This document shows positions 18,184 through 27,528 of a stretch of 64,000 bases of DNA, piece after piece. The translations under genes were made by a program, and so were the position numbers. The number at the start of each line of letters is the position of its first letter. Within the stretch, counting starts at the first letter, position 1. The DNA is from Lachnospiraceae bacterium (GTDB lineage Bacteria; Bacillota; Clostridia; Lachnospirales; Lachnospiraceae). Location of the stretch: assembly GCA_022768465.1 (NCBI GenBank), contig JALELZ010000029.1, positions 745 to 64,744 of the forward strand, in the 5' to 3' direction. The notes beneath the pieces were generated by a model. That model was given only the letters and a program-made list of their open reading frames with translations. It was not told the origin of the DNA and did not search any database.

Positions 18184-18674
18184 CTGTAGCTCTCCTTATA
18201 TTTTTCCTTTATCATTTCCTCGATAAACAGCGGTACGAACTTAGATATGTCTCCCCCGTAGCTCGCAATGGTTCTGACCGAGCTTGAGCTCACATAGGAA
18301 TACCTTATGTCATTTGTCAGAATTACCATCTCAAAATCAGGATTGAGCATCTGGTTAGTGCGCCCGATCGTAAGCTCATATTCATAGTCCTTGGCATTTC
18401 TGATGCCTCTTACCACAGCATCCGCATGCTCTTCTCTGAAGAAGTCAGCCTGCAGCCCGCTGAAAGCTTTAACCTCAACATTTTCTATACCTGCAAGGGC
18501 TTTGTTAATCATATTAACACGTTCATCTATGGAAAACAACGGACTTTTTTCCTCATTGTTAAGGATCGCAACCACGAGCTTTCCGCACATTTTTGCAGCC
18601 CTTTCAATAATGTCAATATGTCCGTAGGTGACGGGATCAAAGGTTCCCGGATAAAGCCATATAGTATCCCTCAT
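18180..18674 (-). CDS. coaD: Phosphopantetheine adenylyltransferase
   Basis: YPGTFDPVTYGHIDIIERA..., ISSSSVR-like motif. Confidence 0.95.
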   Translation of the reverse strand: MRDTIWLYPGTFDPVTYGHIDIIERAAKMCGKLVVAILNNEEKSPLFSIDERVNMINKALAGIENVEVKAFSGLQADFFREEHADAVVRGIRNAKDYEYELTIGRTNQMLNPDFEMVILTNDIRYSYVSSSSVRTIASYGGDISKFVPLFIEEMIKEKYKESYR

Positions 18675-18678
18675 AAAA

Positions 18679-19236
18679 TCAGGCCTTTCTTAAAAATACG
18701 TGCTTCTGGTTCTTATATTCCTTCACACGATATATTTCAAAGCCGCAGCGCTCAGCCTCCGACATGTCGGCATCAAGCGCTTCCTCGACTATAATTACTG
18801 TATCATCCTTTATAATGCCGGAAGCATTGATAAGCTCCAGCACCTTGAACTCCAAGTTTTTATTATACGGCGGATCCATAAATATTATAAGTCTTTCTGC
18901 ATCATTTATTCCGGAAATGTATCTGGAAACCGCAGAAGCATCCGCTTTTATAATCCTTGATTTGTCGGAAAAGCCGCATTTTACAACATTTTCTTTTATT
19001 ACAGCTTCAGCCTGACGTGACGAATCTACAAACACGGCAGAGCTTGCACCTCGTGACAATGCTTCTATGCCGATAGCTCCGGAGCCTGCAAATATATCTA
19101 AAAATACAGCTCCCTGCACATCAAACTGAATAATATTGAACAGAGTTTCCTTTATTTTATCCGCGGTAGGTCTTGTTTCCATACCCGCAGGAGCCTTGAG
19201 CGGAATGCTCCTTGCTGTTCCGGCTATTACTCTCAT
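18679..19236 (-). CDS. rsmD: 16S rRNA (guanine966-N2)-methyltransferase
   Basis: MRVIAGTARSIPLKAP...TRPTADKIKETLFNI...FLDIFAGSGAIGIEALSRGA...DPPY. Confidence 0.9.
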   Translation of the reverse strand: MRVIAGTARSIPLKAPAGMETRPTADKIKETLFNIIQFDVQGAVFLDIFAGSGAIGIEALSRGASSAVFVDSSRQAEAVIKENVVKCGFSDKSRIIKADASAVSRYISGINDAERLIIFMDPPYNKNLEFKVLELINASGIIKDDTVIIVEEALDADMSEAERCGFEIYRVKEYKNQKHVFLRKA

Positions 19237-19246
19237 TTAGTTTCCC

Positions 19247-21346
19247 TCACATTATGCTGCCCTTTTCCATAAATCGCAAGAGCATGCGTCTAAGTCTCTG
19301 ATCCTCGTCTCTGTCAAGCTCAGGATCATCCTCCGTTATCTCTGTGACTGCAGCCTTGGCCTTTTGCATTATTTCCTGATCGGTATAAATATCGGCAAGT
19401 CTGTAATTATCATCGCCGCTCTGCTTAAAGCCAAACATATCTCCCGGACCTCTGAGTTTAAGATCCTCCTCGGCAATTCTAAAACCGTCATTGGAGTTAT
19501 TAAGAATGCCCAGCCTTTCCTCTGCCTTATCCGAATCCGAGGTATTTATCATTATACAGTAGGATTGAAATTTACCCCTTCCTACTCTTCCCCTGAGCTG
19601 ATGCAGCTCGGCAAGCCCGAATCGGTCTGCATTTTCTATCATCATTACTGTGGAATTCGGAACATCCACACCTACCTCAATAACCGTTGTTGAAATCAGA
19701 AGATCCGTCTCATGTTTTTTAAAGCTCTCCATAACTCGTTCCTTTTCATCGCCCTTCATTCTTCCGTGAAGGACACTGATGCGAACTTCAGGCGGGAACA
19801 GCTTTTTCAGTTTAGAACTGTAGTCATTGACATTTTCAAGCTCTGCCATAGCCGCCATATATTTGCTTTGAGCTATTTCTTCCTCATCAGGCTTTTCGAT
19901 GGCCGGACAAATGATATACGCCTGTCGGCCCTTTTTTATCTCATCATAAATAAACTTATATGCAGTCTTCCTGTATCCCGGCCCGACCACGCAGTTCTTT
20001 ATTGGTATACGTCCCTCCGGGCGGCTTCCTATAATAGAAATATCTGTATTGCTGTAAAGAATAATGGCTAATGTCCTCGGTATCGGAGTTGCACTCATTA
20101 TCAATGTATGCGGAGCTTCGCCCTTTTTAAACATAGCCTCTCTCTGCCCCACACCAAAGCGGTGCTGTTCATCTGTTACTATAAGTCCGAGATCAGCGTA
20201 TTCGACATTCTCCTGAAAAAGTGCATGAGTTCCGATAATGATATCGGCCTCTTTGTTTTTGATCCTGTTAAGTGCGATTTTTTTATCTGCCTGTGACATA
20301 TTTCCTGTAAGCAGACAGGTATTTATCTGATCAAGAGTACCGTCGCAAAGCTCTGTGTTACGCTCAAGAAGTCCGTTTATAGTATCGAAATGCTGCTTTG
20401 CAAGGACAGCTGTCGGTGCCATTATTACCGCCTGATACCCGTTAAGGACCGCATTTATCATTGCAAGCACGGCAACAATAGTCTTGCCGGAGCCTACATC
20501 TCCCTCGACAAGTCTGTTCATTACATGCCCTGAGTTCATGTCGGAGACAATTTCCTTATAAGCTCCTGCCTGATCTTTAGTAAGTTCAAACGGAAGTCCG
20601 GCAATAAACTTTATCATCCTGAGGTCAGGTCTGCAGCGATGTGTCGATGCAGTTTTTCTTGCATTATCGCTAAGCTTTGCCCCGGCAAGCATTCTAATGA
20701 AAAACTCATTGAATACAGCTCGCTCACGCGCTTTTTTAAGCTCTTCTTCATTTCTTGGAAAGTGCAGACGTATGAGTGCAGTCTCAGCAGAGCTCAGATC
20801 ATATTTATCTATTATCCTTTCCGGCAAAAACTCTATGGCCCTGCCGTATAAAGAAAGCGCTTCTGCGGCGGCCTTCATTACCGTAGAATTGCTGAGTCCC
20901 TTCGTAAGCGGATAAAGCGGCATCATTTTGCCCTCGTACTTTTCACGATAGGTCTCGAAGGTATAGAGCTTTGGCTGATTCATCACAAGTCTGCCGTTTT
21001 TCTCATATACCCTTCCCCTAAAAACAAGATGCATCCCCGCTTTCAGATTATTTTTCATAAAAGGAGCATTGAACCACGACAGCTGCAGCTTTCCTGTCAT
21101 ATCGGAAAGATATGCATTCACAATGGTCATGCCGTTAAATCTGTTAATGACTGCATCCTGCTGTAAAACTCCGGCAACGGTCATGATACGCCCCGGCGTA
21201 AGTTTATAAATAGGCTTCGGTTCCTCAAATACCTCATAATCTCTCGGATAATGCTGTATAAGTTCCTCTGCACTGAAAATGCCGAGGCGATTGAACGCCG
21301 CGGCAGTTTTCTCTCCTATTCCTTTTAAGCTTGTCAGCTCAGCCAA
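19247..21346 (-). CDS. recG: ATP-dependent DNA helicase RecG
   Basis: Wedge domain plus helicase motifs: GDVGSGKT, DEQHRFGV, MSATPIPRT, QLRGRVGRG. Confidence 0.95.
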   Translation of the reverse strand: MAELTSLKGIGEKTAAAFNRLGIFSAEELIQHYPRDYEVFEEPKPIYKLTPGRIMTVAGVLQQDAVINRFNGMTIVNAYLSDMTGKLQLSWFNAPFMKNNLKAGMHLVFRGRVYEKNGRLVMNQPKLYTFETYREKYEGKMMPLYPLTKGLSNSTVMKAAAEALSLYGRAIEFLPERIIDKYDLSSAETALIRLHFPRNEEELKKARERAVFNEFFIRMLAGAKLSDNARKTASTHRCRPDLRMIKFIAGLPFELTKDQAGAYKEIVSDMNSGHVMNRLVEGDVGSGKTIVAVLAMINAVLNGYQAVIMAPTAVLAKQHFDTINGLLERNTELCDGTLDQINTCLLTGNMSQADKKIALNRIKNKEADIIIGTHALFQENVEYADLGLIVTDEQHRFGVGQREAMFKKGEAPHTLIMSATPIPRTLAIILYSNTDISIIGSRPEGRIPIKNCVVGPGYRKTAYKFIYDEIKKGRQAYIICPAIEKPDEEEIAQSKYMAAMAELENVNDYSSKLKKLFPPEVRISVLHGRMKGDEKERVMESFKKHETDLLISTTVIEVGVDVPNSTVMMIENADRFGLAELHQLRGRVGRGKFQSYCIMINTSDSDKAEERLGILNNSNDGFRIAEEDLKLRGPGDMFGFKQSGDDNYRLADIYTDQEIMQKAKAAVTEITEDDPELDRDEDQRLRRMLLRFMEKGSIM

Positions 21347-21358
21347 TCAGATTACCTC

Positions 21359-23071
21359 TTATTCTGCACTGATTATGTAGTAATAAACCGGCTGCTCGCC
21401 TCTCTCAAGCTCAGTGTCTAAATCAGGATATCTTTCATTAATATTATCTATCAGCATACCTGCGGCCTCATCGTCTATTCCTTCTCCGGCATAGACAGTG
21501 ACCATGGATGTATCATCATCGACCATCTTATCAAGCATTGCCATAGCGGTATCATTAAGTACCTCTCCGACAGCAAGAATTCCTCTGTCTCCGATACCCA
21601 TTATATCGCCTTCCTTAATATCCATACCGTCGATAACGGTATTTCTTACGGCGTATGTCACCTCTCCGGTCTTGACAGCTGCAACAGCCTCTGTCATAGC
21701 CTCAAGATTATCATCCGGTGAAAGTCCCTCTGTGAAATTGATCATAGCAGCAATTCCCTGAGGAACAGTCTTTGTAGGAACCACGCGGATAGCAACGTCT
21801 GTATTTATCTTTGCTGCCTGCTCTGCAGCAAGGATAATGTTTTTGTTATTAGGAAGAATAAAGACATTTTCCGCATTCACGGCATCAATTGCCTTAAGCA
21901 TGTCGTCCGTGCTCGGATTCATTGTCTGTCCGCCTTCTATAACATATGAAGCCCCCAGCTGCTCGAAAATGGACTTGAATCCGGTTCCTGAGCATACAGC
22001 GATAAATGCTGTCTCCTTTTTAGGCTCATCCTTCTTAGGTGCTTCCTCAAGCTTTTCCATAGCAGCAAGCTTGGATGCATTCTTAATAAGCTTTTCCTCG
22101 TGCTCCTCACGCATGTTGTCGACCTTCATGCGTGAAAGTGACGCTCCGAGCTTAAGACCCTCTTCGAAAACAAGTCCGGGATGATTGGTATGAACATGTA
22201 CCTTGACCATATCATCATCGTCTACGCAAACTATCGAATCACCGATGCTCTCAAGGAATGCCTTGAATTCTGCAACCTTCTCAGGTGAAAGAGGCTCCTT
22301 AAGATTAACTATAAACTCTGTGCAGTAACCGAACTTAATATCATCTGTCGAAATGCTGCCTCTTCTTGAAGCATTGTCAGCTGCCTCTGCAAGATCTGAA
22401 GTCTGTGCTCCGTTCTCTATAGTGCCAAAACTAACATCTGCTACCTTACCTTCAAGGACTGCAAGTGCTCCCTCAAGGAATACTATAAGACCCTGTCCGC
22501 CTGAATCGACTACGCCTGCCTCTTTTAAAACAGGAAGCATTTCAGGAGTACGCTTAAGCACCTCTTTACCATGCTCAACAGCTGCTCTCATGAGCTCGCA
22601 AACATCCGCTGTTACAGGTGCGGTCTCGCTGACCTTGTCCGAAATACCCTTGGCAACTGTAAGGATAGTTCCTTCCTTTGGCTTCATAACTGCCTTGTAG
22701 GCTGTCTCAACTGCCTTTGTGAATGCTGCTGAAGCAAGTGCAGGATCAATAGCCTCAGCTGCTCCTACAGTCTTGCAGAAGCCTCTTATAAGCTGTGACA
22801 TAATAACGCCTGAGTTTCCTCTCGCACCGCGAAGTGAGCCTGAAGACATAGCCTTAACGAGAGATTCCATGTCAGGATCCTCAAGCTCGGCTACAGCTCT
22901 TGCAGCAGTCATGATAGTCATGGACATATTGGTGCCTGTATCTCCGTCAGGTACGGGAAATACATTAAGCTCATTTATATATGCTTTATTTGCATCAAGA
23001 TTCTTAGCGCCGACAATAAAGCATTTCCTTAAAAGCTCGGCGTCAATACAGTTAATATTCAAATCAAACAT
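21359..23071 (-). CDS. DAK2-domain fusion protein YloV
   Basis: DGDTGTNM DAK2 motif, C-terminal DegV-like region, conserved position next to asp23/recG. Confidence 0.9.
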   Translation of the reverse strand: MFDLNINCIDAELLRKCFIVGAKNLDANKAYINELNVFPVPDGDTGTNMSMTIMTAARAVAELEDPDMESLVKAMSSGSLRGARGNSGVIMSQLIRGFCKTVGAAEAIDPALASAAFTKAVETAYKAVMKPKEGTILTVAKGISDKVSETAPVTADVCELMRAAVEHGKEVLKRTPEMLPVLKEAGVVDSGGQGLIVFLEGALAVLEGKVADVSFGTIENGAQTSDLAEAADNASRRGSISTDDIKFGYCTEFIVNLKEPLSPEKVAEFKAFLESIGDSIVCVDDDDMVKVHVHTNHPGLVFEEGLKLGASLSRMKVDNMREEHEEKLIKNASKLAAMEKLEEAPKKDEPKKETAFIAVCSGTGFKSIFEQLGASYVIEGGQTMNPSTDDMLKAIDAVNAENVFILPNNKNIILAAEQAAKINTDVAIRVVPTKTVPQGIAAMINFTEGLSPDDNLEAMTEAVAAVKTGEVTYAVRNTVIDGMDIKEGDIMGIGDRGILAVGEVLNDTAMAMLDKMVDDDTSMVTVYAGEGIDDEAAGMLIDNINERYPDLDTELERGEQPVYYYIISAE

Positions 23072-23077
23072 TCCTCC

Positions 23078-23437
23078 TTAATCGATGCGGCGTACGCCCT
23101 CGACGAAAACATCTATGCTGCAGGTCTTAAGTCCGGTATGCTGTTCAACCTGATACTTAACATTCTCGATAAGATTATTGCATACCGCATAGATATTCAC
23201 ACCATAAGCAACGATAATATGCATCTTGAGTGATATCTCATTTGCCTCATCTACTGTAACCTCGATACCCTTCTGCAGGGAATCCTTTTTAAGCAGCTTT
23301 ACCAATCCGTCCTTAATGCTGACGGAAGCCATACCTACGATGCCAAAGCACTCAACAGCCGATGAACCGGCAATAGTCGCAATAACATCCTCAGAAATAT
23401 TTATATTTCCAAACTCGCTGTTCAACTTACCTTTCAT
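23078..23437 (-). CDS. Asp23/Gls24-family envelope stress protein (YloU-like)
   Basis: Start at ATG 23437 with GGAGGA 6 nt upstream: MKGKLNSEFGNINISEDVIATIAG... Confidence 0.85.
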   Translation of the reverse strand: MKGKLNSEFGNINISEDVIATIAGSSAVECFGIVGMASVSIKDGLVKLLKKDSLQKGIEVTVDEANEISLKMHIIVAYGVNIYAVCNNLIENVKYQVEQHTGLKTCSIDVFVEGVRRID

Positions 23438-23588
23438 AGAGTCCTCCATATTTGCACGAACGATATCAGGACAGGCATTTTTCTCCTGTCCGTCTGTAAA
23501 CATGCGTTGACGATATCATTAAATTGATATAATATATCGTTTTAGGGAAATATTACCATAAAACATACTTTTTTTAAAGCTAAAAAGC

Positions 23589-23617
23589 TTGCATTAAAGC
23601 AGAATTTCTGTTATTAT
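23589..23617 (+). promoter_or_regulatory. Candidate promoter for rpmB
   Basis: TTGCAT-17 nt-TATTAT, about 40 nt upstream of the AAGGAGG SD. Confidence 0.5.
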
Positions 23618-23657
23618 ACTTTTTGCGCAATTTTGAGTTAAGTAAGGAGGTGCTACC

Positions 23658-23873
23658 ATGGCAAAATGTTCGGTTTGTGGAAAGTCAGTGCTGTTCGGTA
23701 ACGCTGTCAGCCACTCACACAGAAGATCAAACAAGATGTTCAAGCCAAATGTTAAGAGAGTTAACATCCAGACAGAAGCAGGTAATAGAAAAGTGTATGT
23801 ATGCACATCTTGCTTAAGATCAGGAAAGGTTCAGAGAGCTGAGGTTTCTAAGGCTCCTGTAGCTGAGGCTTAA
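23658..23873 (+). CDS. rpmB: 50S ribosomal protein L28
   Basis: MAKCSVCGKSVLFGNAVSHSHRRSNKMFKPNVKRV... Confidence 0.95.
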   Translation: MAKCSVCGKSVLFGNAVSHSHRRSNKMFKPNVKRVNIQTEAGNRKVYVCTSCLRSGKVQRAEVSKAPVAEA

Positions 23874-23901
23874 GACTTCCACATTAAATCAAAATCTATT
23901 G

Positions 23902-23934
23902 AATTCCACCGTTCTTCAGACGGTGGAATTTTTA
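23902..23934 (+). terminator. rpmB terminator
   Basis: AATTCCACCGT/ACGGTGGAATT 11-bp stem followed by TTTTT. Confidence 0.85.
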
Positions 23935-24015
23935 GTTCATAATTTATTTCATTCAAAACAAACTCAGATTAAGAAATTCAAAGCCCGTTAATAAAATTCA
24001 ATGTCAATGCAAGTA

Positions 24016-24531
24016 TCAGCATGTGAGCCGGATAAAATGCATAGCAGATATACTGAAACGAATTGCTGCGCTATAGTAATCCACCATACATATTATTCCG
24101 AGTATCGTTCCTGCTATAATAACAACTGCTGATACAAGCACATATGCCAGGAGCTTTTGTTTTTTCCTGACCTTTTCCATCAGATGAATGCCTAAAAGGC
24201 CTAACAGAAGTGTCCATATAACATTCTGATGAACCGGGTAAAACCATGTCCCTCCGTACATCATATCAAACGGAACTTCAGAAATAATGGCAAATATAAG
24301 CATTCTGAGTGCATACCTTTTAAAGCTGTGGGTATGAAAATATCCTTCCTCAGCCATAAATGCAAAGATAGGAAATGCCGCTCTGCCTGCACAGGTAAGC
24401 CATTCCTGTGCCGGAAGCAGCGTTGCCCATAGATGATCCATCAGCATAAGCATCATTGCTATGATATGCAGTGCAGCTGCACTTAAATCAAAGCTATTTG
24501 AAACGGTTGAATTATTTTCGTTAATCAGCAC
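24016..24531 (-). CDS. TraX-family membrane protein, apparently C-terminally short
   Basis: LHIIAMMLMLMDHLW..., multiple TM segments. GTG start with AAGGAG. It is 171 aa, against the roughly 220-250 aa I recall for the family. Confidence 0.65.
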   Translation of the reverse strand: MLINENNSTVSNSFDLSAAALHIIAMMLMLMDHLWATLLPAQEWLTCAGRAAFPIFAFMAEEGYFHTHSFKRYALRMLIFAIISEVPFDMMYGGTWFYPVHQNVIWTLLLGLLGIHLMEKVRKKQKLLAYVLVSAVVIIAGTILGIICMVDYYSAAIRFSISAMHFIRLTC

Positions 24532-24612
24532 GTTATTACTCCTTATATTGTTTTTAGCTCTTAAGAATCTATATCTTTATTTTTCTCTTTAAAGCTATGA
24601 TCCTCCCTCACT

Positions 24613-25083
24613 TCACAGAATATATTCCATCTGCCGTTCCTTTGTTTTCATGCCCATCTTTTCATAAAATTTTTCTGCCGAAGTATTCCCTGCCCATACG
24701 TTAAGCGTCACCTCGTAGCAGCCCATTTTCTTTGCCTCCTGTTTAACAAATTCAAACAGACATTCACCTGTATGCTGCCCTCTCTCACATTTATCAACAC
24801 ATAAATCATCGATAAAAAGGGATTTAAACTGTACCATATTATTTGAAAAAGGCTGCCCTTTCAATTGACAGAATGCGTATCCCACGCACACATCTTCATC
24901 ATTTACGGCAACATATATCGGTTTTTCTTCGCACTTTAAAAGCTCTGACAATTCATCAACTGTATATTTTGTTGTTTCCGGTATAAAAATATCAGGTCTT
25001 ATATCGGCATGGATCTGAAGTACCTGTCCTAAAAGCTCCATAATTCTTGGAATGTCTTTTTTAGTTGCTCTTCTTATATTCAT
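24613..25083 (-). CDS. GNAT-family N-acetyltransferase
   Basis: 156 aa. ...LFIDDLCVDKCERGQHTGECLFEFVKQEAKKMGCYEVTLNVWAGNTSAEKFYEKMGM (acetyl-CoA binding-fold pattern). Confidence 0.85.
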   Translation of the reverse strand: MNIRRATKKDIPRIMELLGQVLQIHADIRPDIFIPETTKYTVDELSELLKCEEKPIYVAVNDEDVCVGYAFCQLKGQPFSNNMVQFKSLFIDDLCVDKCERGQHTGECLFEFVKQEAKKMGCYEVTLNVWAGNTSAEKFYEKMGMKTKERQMEYIL

Positions 25084-25110
25084 TTTTAACCCTCATTTCT
25101 TACACTATAT

Positions 25111-25165
25111 TGAATGAAAATAACCGTAAAATCAATCGCAAATTTTCACGACCGATTTTACGGTT
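25111..25165 (-). terminator. Terminator after the dehydratase gene
   Basis: AACCGTAAAATC/GATTTTACGGTT perfect 12-bp arms with a 20-nt loop, followed by ATTTTCATT on the minus strand. Confidence 0.55.
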
Positions 25166-25225
25166 ACAAAAATCATAATTTAATTACGTCATATGTTTAA
25201 AGAAAGTATCTGTCCAAAAACACCA

Positions 25226-26179
25226 TCAATAATTAAGCAGGATATCTGCAAGCACTTCCTTATTGTAATTTCCACCGGAAATCATACATACTACATTTTT
25301 ACCATATTCTGCCTTGCCTGAAAGAAGCCCTGCCAGTGCAGCTGCTCCGGATGGTTCTGCTGTGAGCTTGCATCTTTCGATAAGAAGCCTTGTTGCTCTT
25401 GATATCTCAGCATCACTTACCGTAATAATATCGTCAAGCAGCTTAGAACAGATTTCAAATGCATTCGGTCCCGGCGCACTTCCGGCAAGTCCGTCCGCTA
25501 TAGAATACCGTCTTTCGATAGGAGAAATCCTTCCTGCATGAATAGAATTACTCATGCAGTTCATTGTCTCCGGCTCTACTCCGATAACTCTTGTCTTTGG
25601 TGAAAGACTCTTTATCGCTGTAGCTACGCCTGACATAAGTCCGCCGCCTCCGACCTGACAGAAAACAGTGTCTGCATTCGGAAGCACTTCCATGATCTCA
25701 AGTCCCGCCGTGCCCTGTCCTGCCATAATGTAAGGATCCTCACAAGGGTCGATATAGAAAACTCCGTTTTTCTCAGAAAATTCCTTTGCAAGCGGTGCAC
25801 AATCTCCCCCTGTCTTACCAAAAAGTGTTATTTCTCCGCCGTAAGCCCTGCATGCCTCAACCTTTGACGGTGTGGCAGTCTCAGGCATCCAGACATAAGC
25901 CTTAACTCCAAGCAGCTTGGCTGCATAGCAGACAGCCTGCGCATGATTTCCCGAAGAATAACAGCACACCCCTTGTTTTTTCTGTTCATCGGAAAGAGTA
26001 AGTATTCTGTTAAATGCACCCCTTGCTTTAAATGAACCTGTCTTTTGCATATTCTCACATTTAAAATATACAAATGCATCCGTCATGCTGCTGATATTTT
26101 CAGAGCTGACAAGCGGGGTGACATGTACATATTCACTTATACGCTGCTTTGCTTCCCATACATCACTTATCCCTATCAT
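25226..26179 (-). CDS. PLP-dependent threonine/serine dehydratase (serine racemase-like fold type II)
   Basis: KCENMQKTGSFKARGA (PLP lysine), SSGNHAQA, GGGGLMSG glycine loop. Confidence 0.85.
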   Translation of the reverse strand: MIGISDVWEAKQRISEYVHVTPLVSSENISSMTDAFVYFKCENMQKTGSFKARGAFNRILTLSDEQKKQGVCCYSSGNHAQAVCYAAKLLGVKAYVWMPETATPSKVEACRAYGGEITLFGKTGGDCAPLAKEFSEKNGVFYIDPCEDPYIMAGQGTAGLEIMEVLPNADTVFCQVGGGGLMSGVATAIKSLSPKTRVIGVEPETMNCMSNSIHAGRISPIERRYSIADGLAGSAPGPNAFEICSKLLDDIITVSDAEISRATRLLIERCKLTAEPSGAAALAGLLSGKAEYGKNVVCMISGGNYNKEVLADILLNY

Positions 26180-26210
26180 ATCTTCTCCCTGTTATGATAA
26201 TGCTTAATGC

Positions 26211-26693
26211 TCAGTCCGCGCAGTCTCCGCCTTCGAGATATTCTCCTAAGATATTGTATTCCTGTCCGATCTTGTCATTTACTCTTGTCAGAAAATCATT
26301 CAAAAATCTGCGGTTTTCCTCTGATGCTTCATTAATAATGCTTTCGACAAGTGCGTTAAGCTCTTCGTGAAATCTCTCATGCTTTTCGTATATCTCTTCA
26401 CCCGATGCCGTTAGCTTAATGATAAGTCTTGAAGCATTTGAAGGATCCGGAAGTTTTTCTATAAGCACTTTTTTCTCAAGCTTTGAAAGTGTTTGAGACA
26501 CTGCTCCCTTTGTAATGCCTAAAATCCTTGCAAGTCCTATCACATGCATACCCGTATTGTCTCCGATTGCTTTAAGCATAGTCATTTCGTTATTCATGAC
26601 CTTAATGCGTCCGGCATCATAAACAGATCTTCTGCGCATCTGTTCAACAGTCTCTATCATATCAAGTATTGAGGTTTCTTTTATTTCGGTCAT
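26211..26693 (-). CDS. MarR-family transcriptional regulator
   Basis: Winged-HTH: GLARILGITKGAVSQTLSKLEKKVLIEK. Confidence 0.85.
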   Translation of the reverse strand: MTEIKETSILDMIETVEQMRRRSVYDAGRIKVMNNEMTMLKAIGDNTGMHVIGLARILGITKGAVSQTLSKLEKKVLIEKLPDPSNASRLIIKLTASGEEIYEKHERFHEELNALVESIINEASEENRRFLNDFLTRVNDKIGQEYNILGEYLEGGDCAD

Positions 26694-26871
26694 CGACAGT
26701 ACCCCTTTGCTTTTGCTGCTTTTGTTGCTTTTTATCGGCTTACTCTATTATACGATATTTGACTGAAGAATTTTATCCTTACTTTATATAAAAGTGTATA
26801 GCAACTAAACTCTTTAGTCAATATCAAAATCTTATAAAATAATAGAAACTACTCATTCTCTGGTTCCAAAC

Positions 26872-26938
26872 AACTTAAAACCGCGAATTAGCCTTATATA
26901 CTTAGCTAATTCGCGGTTCATAACAACACTTTTTGTCC
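26872..26938 (-). repeat. Copy 2 of the 67-nt conserved hairpin element
   Basis: Perfect 14-bp stem AACCGCGAATTAGC/GCTAATTCGCGGTT. It lies between the rpsO terminator and the MarR gene. Confidence 0.7.
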
Positions 26939-27019
26939 TATAACCCTCAAGATAAGCCGATACCGTAACAGGAAGTTAATGCAGCTATATGCTATATATT
27001 ATATTTACACTGCTTTGGC

Positions 27020-27050
27020 TTAAAAAGCAGCACCGGCTCCCCGGTGCTGC
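27020..27050 (-). terminator. rpsO terminator
   Basis: GCAGCACCGG ggag CCGGTGCTGC followed by TTTTTAAG on the minus strand. Confidence 0.85.
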
Positions 27051-27118
27051 AAGCGCGCAATTTTGTATCTAAGTTATTTGAAATAATAAACGATTTGTTA
27101 TAAAGCGGAACGTAATAA

Positions 27119-27385
27119 TTACTTACGAAGTCCAAGCTTCTTGATGAGCTCTCTGTATCCCTCAAGATCATTCTTCATGAGATACTGAAGTAAGCTTCTT
27201 CTCTTACCTACCATCATAAGAAGTCCCTTTCTTGAATGGTGATCCTTTGGGTTCTCCTTAAGATGAGCTGTAAGCTCGTTGATTCTCTCAGTGAGGATGG
27301 CGATCTGAACCTCTGGTGAGCCTGTGTCGCCTTCAGTACGACCGTAAGCCTTAATGAGTTCTGTCTTCTTCTCTTTTGAAATCAT
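27119..27385 (-). CDS. rpsO: 30S ribosomal protein S15
   Basis: [35 protein letters not shown]...HHSRKGLL. Confidence 0.97.
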   Translation of the reverse strand: MISKEKKTELIKAYGRTEGDTGSPEVQIAILTERINELTAHLKENPKDHHSRKGLLMMVGKRRSLLQYLMKNDLEGYRELIKKLGLRK

Positions 27386-27522
27386 ATCTTTTCTCCTTTC
27401 AAATTATTGACCGGCTTCAGTCCGGTCCTCTAACCGTCAACAAAGCTCCCGTCAAGGAAATCGAAAAGCTGTGTCGCGGCGCTAAGCTTTAAAATAATAG
27501 CATATTATCCGCTATATTTCAA
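27386..27522 (-). promoter_or_regulatory. rpsO promoter (TTGAAA-17-TATTAT at 27494-27522) plus a structured 5' UTR of about 100 nt
   Basis: Promoter hexamers seen. The UTR contains GACCGG actgaa(g)CCGGTC and AAGCT...AGCTT pairings just upstream of the AAAGGAG SD. Confidence 0.45.
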
Positions 27523-27528
27523 GCATTA

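Noticed and set aside
25122-25165. Possible third, degenerate member of the 67-nt hairpin family; the stem also begins AACCG and ends CGGTT
   Set aside because: Only the terminal 5 bp of the stem and a vague A-rich flank are shared. The loop and flanks are unrelated. It is most simply an ordinary terminator.
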